From the IMG/VR virus record IMGVR_UViG_3300043543_000740: a DNA stretch of 20,000 nt. One strand, 5' to 3'. The notes under the pieces were generated by a model, which was not told the origin of the DNA, ran no database searches, and saw only the letters and a program-made list of their open reading frames with translations. Source of the DNA: an uncultured virus (IMG/VR IMGVR_UViG_3300043543_000740). Lineage: Duplodnaviria; Heunggongvirae; Uroviricota; Caudoviricetes. Numbering within the stretch: the stretch's first letter is position 1; each line of letters opens with the position of its first letter. Shown here in pieces: positions 14,006-20,000 of this stretch. The position numbers were made by a program, and so were the translations under genes.

Positions 14006-16096
14006 CGCGACCGCCGTCGCCACGTAGCGCACCCCGGGTGCCCCACCCTGGCGGCCGGATGGCTGGGTCACCTCGCGGATGTCGCCGCACGCGACCAGGG
14101 CTTCGAGAATCTCGGCGCGTTCGCGGTTGGTGAACGCCCGCGTCTTGCCGTAGAGGTCGGAGCGGGTGATGCCGTGTTCGCCGGCGTCCGCCACCAGCCG
14201 GAGGACGCGCTTGCGGCGCGCGTCGAAGGGGTTCTCCGCGACCCAGCGGCCGGCGAGGAAGACCAGCCGTCGGGTCAGGTAGCGGCTGAGGTCGCACGCC
14301 CAGGTCGCGGCCGGCTCGTCGATGGCGGGGTTGCGGGCGTCGCGGCTGCACGCGTACAGCAAGGCCAACTTGCGGGCCTTCTCGGTCGCCCGCGTCCAGA
14401 GCGAGCCGAGCGGCTCGCCCAGGTCGCGCTGGGCCGCGTCCGCTTCCGCGTCCAGCGCGTCGAAGATGCCTTCTGCGGCCGTCGTTGCCGCAATCACGAC
14501 CGGCTCGGGGTGCTCCTGGTTCAGGTTGCCCGACGGGTTGAACTCGGCCCAGTACTTCGCGGCACCGATCACGCCCTGCGGGATCGGCAGCCGCGCCGGC
14601 TTGCGTTTGGGCGGCAGCTCTTGAGCACACTCGAAGATCATGACCCGCGACAGGAAGCCGTCGGTGACGTTCTCGGCGGTGAACCCCTCGTAGAGCGACT
14701 GCGGCACGGTGGTCCCCCAGAGGCACGCGTGCGGCTGGTGGATGACCTTGTTCCGCTTGGCGTCCGCGTAGGCGTCGCCGAGGTAGACCGACGCCGAGCT
14801 GGTGAACAGCTTCATCAGGTTGGTCGCGATGTGGTACAGGTGCGGCGACCGACCCGGGTCCGCCAGCGTGCGCAGGAGACGCCCCACCTCGTCGAGTTGG
14901 AACAGGATCGCCGGCTGCTGCTCGACGGCGGTAATGAGGCCCGCGTGCGACGCCAGCCCCTCGGGACCGGCGAGCTTCTCCGCGCCGGCGAGGAAGAGGA
15001 TCTCCTTGTTGACCAGGCGGGCGCGTTCCTTGCCGCCGCCGGTCGGGCAGACGCCGAGGCAGTAGACGTTGGTGCGGGTATCGACCTCGTCGCGGACCTT
15101 GCGGCCGGTCAGCGTGCCCAAGAGCGCGAGTGCACCGGCCAGTGCCAGGACCGGCTGCCGGCGGAAGGCGGTGGCCAGGGTGTAATCCGTGACCTCGCCG
15201 ACGAAGCCGGGGACGGCCAGAAGCGCTCCTGGGAACGGCCCCGGATCGGGCGGGCCGGCCGCGGCCGTGGGACACTGGAACGTCTGGTCGTAGTGGTTCT
15301 CGACCAGCGCGACCGACACTTCGTCGGGGCGGTAGCGGGCGACGCTCTCCGCGATCCGGTCCACTTCGCGTTCGGCCAGCGGCGGAACGCAGCGGACGCG
15401 GTTGGTCTGGTGCAAGGCGGCCGCGATCTCCACCCGGCCCATTCCGACGCGGCGCATGGTGCCGGCGAGTTTCGCCAGGGTCGCGTTGCGTTGGCCGGAC
15501 GGGATCGGGTTGGCGTCCGGTACGCCCTGGCCCGCCGTCGGCGAACGTGGGGCCAACGGGGGCGTTCCTGTGGCCAAACGGTCGAGTTGGGCGACGAGCC
15601 ACGGCGGCGGTTCGGGCAACTGCTCCAGGCGGTCGTCGAGTTCGAGCGTGTCGGCCCAGCGGTACGGCCCTTCTTTGATCTCGGACGGCGGGGCCACGAT
15701 GTAGCCGCCGTCGGTGCGGACATCGACGCCGCAGGCGAGCTGGCCCGTCGAACACTTCCAGTTCTTGTCCGCGAGCCGCCGGAACAGGTAGTGCCGGCCG
15801 CCTCTTGGCGTCTGCGCGACCGCCCCGGCACCGGCCAGATCAGCGGCACGTTCGGGATCGCCGGGCCAGGGGTTGTCCGCTCCATCGATGTCAACGACGA
15901 GCATCCCCTCGGCCGCGATGCCGATGTTCGCGGTCGGGTGCCTCGACCACCACTTCTCGATCTGCGCGGCGTCGGTCGAGGCATCATGGAAACCGTGTTC
16001 AGTCACCGGCTTCTTGCTGCCGGGCCAACATGGGAACACGCGATAGCCAAGCTCGGCGTAGCGCAGTGCGGCGGTCAGCAGTTCGCCGGGTGTCAC
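13991..16096 (-). CDS. Bifunctional DNA primase/polymerase (Prim-Pol) + PriCT-1 + DUF3987-like helicase-type domain (~701 aa)
   Basis: ALRYA..G..VFP, NIGI, VVDID, QTPRGGRHYLF, DVRTDGGYIVAPPS; G.RNATL...AG..PPL.EREV..IA.S; P-loop-like CPTGGGKE, LDEVG; GTGA overlap with the helicase stop. Confidence 0.88.
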   Translation of the reverse strand: MTPGELLTAALRYAELGYRVFPCWPGSKKPVTEHGFHDASTDAAQIEKWWSRHPTANIGIAAEGMLVVDIDGADNPWPGDPERAADLAGAGAVAQTPRGGRHYLFRRLADKNWKCSTGQLACGVDVRTDGGYIVAPPSEIKEGPYRWADTLELDDRLEQLPEPPPWLVAQLDRLATGTPPLAPRSPTAGQGVPDANPIPSGQRNATLAKLAGTMRRVGMGRVEIAAALHQTNRVRCVPPLAEREVDRIAESVARYRPDEVSVALVENHYDQTFQCPTAAAGPPDPGPFPGALLAVPGFVGEVTDYTLATAFRRQPVLALAGALALLGTLTGRKVRDEVDTRTNVYCLGVCPTGGGKERARLVNKEILFLAGAEKLAGPEGLASHAGLITAVEQQPAILFQLDEVGRLLRTLADPGRSPHLYHIATNLMKLFTSSASVYLGDAYADAKRNKVIHQPHACLWGTTVPQSLYEGFTAENVTDGFLSRVMIFECAQELPPKRKPARLPIPQGVIGAAKYWAEFNPSGNLNQEHPEPVVIAATTAAEGIFDALDAEADAAQRDLGEPLGSLWTRATEKARKLALLYACSRDARNPAIDEPAATWACDLSRYLTRRLVFLAGRWVAENPFDARRKRVLRLVADAGEHGITRSDLYGKTRAFTNRERAEILEALVACGDIREVTQPSGRQGGAPGVRYVATAVAGGSS

Positions 16097-17781
16097 CACG
16101 GAATTTTCTCCTCCGTGGGCGCCACGTTGTACCCGAACGGGAAGAGTTCTTCTTCCGGTGCCGCGGGCTCGACCGCTTCGGGGATCGGCCCGAGCTGGTG
16201 ATCGGTGATGCGGTCGTAGTCCTCGCCGCTGACCGAGCGCACGGTGATCGACTTCGTGTCGGCCAGCCCGCCGGCTTTGGCAATCTCGACCGCCTCGGCT
16301 GCCGTCGCCGGCACCGGCATCTTCGACCGCTTCCTCCACCACGCGACCGCCTTGCCCCGCGCGTAGCCGGTGTGTTCGAGGCAGACCCACTCCGACTTCC
16401 AGCGGTGCCAGCCGACCTTGTAATCGACCCGCAGGCTCTTGGGCGCATCGTCGCCCGCGCCGCGTTTGGTGTGGACGCTGTAGACCGCGTCGTGAACCGC
16501 GAACGTCTCGACCGTCACCTGGCCGGAGAGAATCCCCGCGTCCGACGGCTTGGCGTCGTGCTTCGAACGCTCCGGTGGCGGGAACTCGTAACCGCAATCG
16601 GGGCACGCCGCGCGCCCGGCCATCACGACCGTGTGGCACTCCGGGCACTCCTTCACGGGTGGCAGGCCGGTTCCGCCGTCGCGCTCCTTCACGCGGATCT
16701 GATCGACCGGCCCGTGCCGCAGCACGTTGCCGCCGAAGTCGAGGACGAGGCAATCGCGTTTCGACGGGTGCAGGCGGAAACCCCGCCCGACCATCTGGTA
16801 GTAGAGGCCCGGTGAGAGCGTCGGCCGCACGATCGCCACGCAGTCGATGTGCGGCGCGTCGAAGCCCGTCGTCAGCACGTTGACGTTGCACAGGTACTTC
16901 AGCCCACCGCACTTGAACCGCGCGAGGATGGCATCACGTTCGGCGGGCGGTGTGTCGCCCGTGACGAAGCCGCACTCGACACCATGCTTGTCCTTCAGCA
17001 CACGGACGATGTGTTCGCCGTGATGGACGCCGCTGGCGAAGATCAGGCACGCGTTGCGCGTCGCGGTGTAGCCGACGATCTCGCCGCACGCCGCCTCAAC
17101 GAGGTTGTCCTGATCCATCAGGTCCTCGACTTCGCCGGCAACGTACTCACCGCCCCGGATGTGGAGGTTGTCCACGTCGGGCTTGTTGATGCCGACCTTG
17201 GTGACCAGCGGGCACAGGAAGCCCTGCACGATCAACTCGCGAACGCCGACCTCGTAGCACACGTGGTTGAGGAAACCGTCCGGCGTGCAGATGGTGCCCG
17301 ACTTCAGGCGGTACGGCGTCGCGGTGAAGCCGACGATCCGCAGGTACGGGTTGACCGTCCTGGCGTCGGCGAGGAACTGCCGGTACATCCCGTCGCCGTC
17401 GGGTGCGATCATGTGAGCTTCGTCGATCACCACCAGGTCGAACGGGTCGAACTCGCACGCCTTCTTCCAGACCGACTGGATGCCGGCGACGATGACCGGG
17501 CCGCGGCGGTCCCGGCGCTTCAGCCCGGCGGAGTAGACGCCGAACTGCACCTCGGGGCAGACCGCCCGCAGCTTGTCCGCGGCCTGTTCCAGCAACTCCT
17601 TGACGTGCGCGAGGATCAGCACGCGCCCGCCCCACAGCCCGACCGCGTCCTTGCAGATCGAGGCGATGACGGGCGTCTTGCCGCCGGCGGTGGGGATCAC
17701 CACGCACGGGTTGTCGTCGCGGGTCCGCAGGTGGTCGTACACCGCGGCGATAGCGTCTTGCTGGTAAGGCCGCAGTATCAT
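16093..17781 (-). CDS. Superfamily-2 DEAD/DEAH helicase (RadD/YejH-like) with C-terminal zinc ribbon (562 aa)
   Basis: LRPYQ, PTAGGKT, IDEAH, TATP, LTTGFD, QMVGRGFR, CPEC...CPDC. Confidence 0.92.
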   Translation of the reverse strand: MILRPYQQDAIAAVYDHLRTRDDNPCVVIPTAGGKTPVIASICKDAVGLWGGRVLILAHVKELLEQAADKLRAVCPEVQFGVYSAGLKRRDRRGPVIVAGIQSVWKKACEFDPFDLVVIDEAHMIAPDGDGMYRQFLADARTVNPYLRIVGFTATPYRLKSGTICTPDGFLNHVCYEVGVRELIVQGFLCPLVTKVGINKPDVDNLHIRGGEYVAGEVEDLMDQDNLVEAACGEIVGYTATRNACLIFASGVHHGEHIVRVLKDKHGVECGFVTGDTPPAERDAILARFKCGGLKYLCNVNVLTTGFDAPHIDCVAIVRPTLSPGLYYQMVGRGFRLHPSKRDCLVLDFGGNVLRHGPVDQIRVKERDGGTGLPPVKECPECHTVVMAGRAACPDCGYEFPPPERSKHDAKPSDAGILSGQVTVETFAVHDAVYSVHTKRGAGDDAPKSLRVDYKVGWHRWKSEWVCLEHTGYARGKAVAWWRKRSKMPVPATAAEAVEIAKAGGLADTKSITVRSVSGEDYDRITDHQLGPIPEAVEPAAPEEELFPFGYNVAPTEEKIPW

Positions 17782-17787
17782 GGCTCT

Positions 17788-18363
17788 TCAGCACTCCTCG
17801 GATGGGTGAAGAAGCTCGCCGTTGTGACGCTTGACGCCCCGCTGCTTCTGCACCTCCGCCTCACTCAGGTCCAGCCGGTTGTTCTCGCGGCGGCACGGCG
17901 AGCAGATGCGGTTCCCCGCCCCACGCGAGTTGAAGAACTTCCCGCACTTCAGGCAGGTCCGCTGCTTGACGTGCGGGTTCACCTCCGGTTCGGGTTTCGC
18001 GACCGCCTCCGGCTCGGTCGCGGTCAGCGGCATCACGCACACCCGCACGAGACCGCCCGGAACGCACTCACAGCGGAGGATGTGCAACTCGTCGATCTGC
18101 GAGTCATCCAGAAAGACGCCGGCGTGCTGCATCGCGTCGAACAAGCCTTTTTGCAGGTTGTCGAGGTCGCGGCGGCGGCGGTCCGGCGGGTGAACCTCCA
18201 CCGTGACCGCGAGGCGGCCTTCCAGCGGTCGAACGCGGCCGGCGACGAGGAGGTTGTGAACTTGGCGACGGTACGCGCGTCCGCGACGGCTCAACAGCGT
18301 CCGGTGGCCGACCCGCCGCCACAGGTGGTTGACGCTGGGCGGGTATGGCAGTTCCAGTTGCAT
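17788..18363 (-). CDS. rusA: RusA-family Holliday junction resolvase with an extra C-terminal CxxC...CxxC domain
   Basis: LPYPPSVNHLWR, PPDRRRRDLDN..K...DA..HAGV..DDSQI; C-terminal CLKC...ICSPC. Confidence 0.88.
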   Translation of the reverse strand: MQLELPYPPSVNHLWRRVGHRTLLSRRGRAYRRQVHNLLVAGRVRPLEGRLAVTVEVHPPDRRRRDLDNLQKGLFDAMQHAGVFLDDSQIDELHILRCECVPGGLVRVCVMPLTATEPEAVAKPEPEVNPHVKQRTCLKCGKFFNSRGAGNRICSPCRRENNRLDLSEAEVQKQRGVKRHNGELLHPSEEC

Positions 18364-18440
18364 GGGGTGACTCGTGAGGAATGGTGGCGGCCACGGCCCG
18401 GCGCGGGGGCACCGGGTGAACGTGCGTCAGGGGACTGCGA

Positions 18441-18923
18441 TCAGCGTTTCCACGGCGGCGTGGTCGGCTTGCCGCTCGCCGCGGGCGCGGCCGCGGGCCT
18501 GGTGGGCGCGGTCGACTCGGCGAGCGAGGCCTTGGGCGAGTAGCCCTTGATCTCGTTGGCGACCTCGCCGGTGTCGGGCCGCTTCCTGCACTTCACGTGG
18601 ATCACCAGCGGCAGGTCGTGCAGGTCGGTGGAGTCGTTCGGGGCCAGCACGCCCACCGCCCGGCACACGGCCGACAGTTCGGCCTTCGCGATCTGCACCG
18701 CGGTGGCGTTGGGGTTGTCGAGGTTGAGCCGCGCCCACAGGTAGCGGCCCTTGTACGGCCCGTCGATCACCTCGAACGTGAACTGTAGGTAGTGCCCGGA
18801 GCCGGACTTGGTCGGCTTCATCTCCGACTCGGTGATGACGGCGAGGTACTTGCCCGCCGGGAGCGGGTCGAAGTCGCTCGACGGTTCCACGGCGTTGGCG
18901 TCAAATCCGCGCAGGTCAGCCAT
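18441..18923 (-). CDS. DUF669 family phage protein (SSB-like)
   Basis: FDPLPAGKY.A.I..SE.K.TKSG.G.YL...FEV..G.YKGR..W.RLNL...NEIKGY...PPW C-terminus. Confidence 0.85.
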   Translation of the reverse strand: MADLRGFDANAVEPSSDFDPLPAGKYLAVITESEMKPTKSGSGHYLQFTFEVIDGPYKGRYLWARLNLDNPNATAVQIAKAELSAVCRAVGVLAPNDSTDLHDLPLVIHVKCRKRPDTGEVANEIKGYSPKASLAESTAPTRPAAAPAASGKPTTPPWKR

Positions 18924-19707
18924 TGGAGTCCTCCTCGGTGGGTTGGTTGGATGGGTTGGAAAGAGCGGTCATGAACGCCGCCCAGTCGAGCGGCAGTTCT
19001 TCCGTGATCCCGTAGCGGTTCTTCGCCACGCAGCTCGGCCCGCCGACGGCACGCAGCACGCGGTCGCCGCCGTCCCTGCCGATCGCCTTGGCGATGGTGC
19101 GCTTGCGGCCGAACCCGGCGTCCTCGCTCTGGGTGCGGAGTTTCCGCGTGGCGAAGAGCACGGCGTCACACCACTCGCACACGAGCGCCGACGCGTGCTT
19201 GTGCAGACGGGGCGAGTAGCGGTCGTAGGGGCTCGACTCGGGGTCCTCGAACTTCTCGACCTTGGTGTGCGCGATGAGCAGCACGACCATGTTCTTCGCG
19301 GCCCGCAGGGTGTTGAGCAGGTCGAGGATTTCGCGCCAGTAGGTGAGTGCGTGGGTGTAGCCCTTCGAGTAGCCGCCGTCGGCCTTCTCGATGCTCGTCA
19401 CGTTGGCGTCGCGGCAGACGCGGTCCCAGATCAGCCGCTCGAGCCAGTCGAGCGAGTCGATCACGACCGACTCGTAGGGGTGGTCCTCGGCCGCCAGCGC
19501 GGTCAGCGATTCGACGACGTCCTCGTAGCTCTCGGCCAGTGGGAACTTGTCGGTGTCGATCTCGTCGAGGCCGTCCTCGGTTTGCACGAAGATCGGACGC
19601 GGGGCCTGCGCCGCGAAGGAACTCTTCCCGATGCCTTCGGTCCCGTACACGAGCAGGCGCGGCGGCTTCGGCGTGCGGCCCTTCTGAATCGTTGCCAGGC
19701 GAGTCAC
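18916..19707 (-). CDS. AAA_24 / Sak4-like phage ATPase (263 aa)
   Basis: YGTEGIGKS Walker A, TEDG, VVIDSLDWLE Walker B, LIAH, EWCDAV.F, AKNRY; GTGA coupling with the upstream gene. Confidence 0.88.
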   Translation of the reverse strand: MTRLATIQKGRTPKPPRLLVYGTEGIGKSSFAAQAPRPIFVQTEDGLDEIDTDKFPLAESYEDVVESLTALAAEDHPYESVVIDSLDWLERLIWDRVCRDANVTSIEKADGGYSKGYTHALTYWREILDLLNTLRAAKNMVVLLIAHTKVEKFEDPESSPYDRYSPRLHKHASALVCEWCDAVLFATRKLRTQSEDAGFGRKRTIAKAIGRDGGDRVLRAVGGPSCVAKNRYGITEELPLDWAAFMTALSNPSNQPTEEDSNG

Positions 19708-20000
19708 GCAGTCATCTCCGGGGTGATGGGTTGGATCGGTTGAAGCGATTCGACGCGGAAGCTGTCCTCGCCGAACTCGCGGCGCAAGAACGCCGTGAAC
19801 ACCTTGGCGAGGTCGCGGCCGACGGGCGTGCTCGTGTCGATGACACATGCGCCGAACTGGCCGCCGAGGGCGTGGCCGGCGTCGAGGCGGGTCTGCGCCT
19901 CGCCGTGCAGCCCCTCGACGGCGACGTAGGCCAGAAGCAGTGTCGCCTGGACTTCCGCGGCCGGCACGTCGGCCTGAAACGTGTAGCGGTAGAGCGTCAT
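19704..20000 (-). CDS. Hypothetical phage/ICE protein (98 aa; start at window edge)
   Basis: ORF translationally coupled to the AAA_24 gene, coding-like codon usage. Confidence 0.7.
   Translation of the reverse strand: MTLYRYTFQADVPAAEVQATLLLAYVAVEGLHGEAQTRLDAGHALGGQFGACVIDTSTPVGRDLAKVFTAFLRREFGEDSFRVESLQPIQPITPEMTA

Larger units (their letters stand above)
1..20000. mobile_element. Outer prophage/ICE-like region extending beyond both window edges
   Basis: Phage-type replication/recombination operon, ParB-MTase, DUF1937 and hammerhead-separated small genes; no housekeeping genes. Its structural genes are not in the window. Confidence 0.75.

Noticed and set aside
13991..16912. 973-aa primase ORF as given in the track
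   Set aside because: The first ~270 aa overlap the helicase gene in another frame; the real start is about 16096
2346..18543. Many long antisense/alternative-frame ORFs (e.g. 2346..3767, 4764..6128, 8783..10162, 14174..16201, 16849..18543)
   Set aside because: Shadow ORFs typical of high-GC DNA, Arg/Pro/Gly-rich and overlapping well-supported genes

Overview
High-GC window, probably from a planctomycete: the Rhs protein starts with the planctomycete-type export motif 'LTLEQLETRDCP'. It holds two nested mobile elements. The OUTER element is a prophage/ICE-like region. Its minus-strand replication operon (AAA_24 ATPase, DUF669, RusA, superfamily-2 helicase, Prim-Pol primase) is followed by iterons, a cos/pac-like motif, a ParB-fused beta-class DNA methyltransferase and DUF1937. 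These converge on a plus-strand cluster of small genes separated by two pseudoknotted type II hammerhead ribozymes. The INNER element is a 10,616-bp insertion (crossover dinucleotides 1876-1877 and 12492-12493) that splits the methyltransferase at ...LTRKD|FMGNHE.... It encodes a large serine recombinase, a HARE-HTH protein, a Phd-like protein, an AAA_25 helicase, a lone prohead-protease/major-capsid fusion and an Rhs toxin-immunity pair; no terminase, portal or tail gene was seen. It also carries a spacing-conserved copy of the outer element's putative packaging signal. The attP site lies inside the recombinase gene, so integration swaps C-termini in frame between integrase and methyltransferase and places a GGAGG ribosome-binding site in front of the orphaned methyltransferase half. 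Best interpretation (inference): a capsid-encoding, toxin-carrying phage satellite that integrates into its helper's methyltransferase gene. All product calls come from motif recognition, not database searches.
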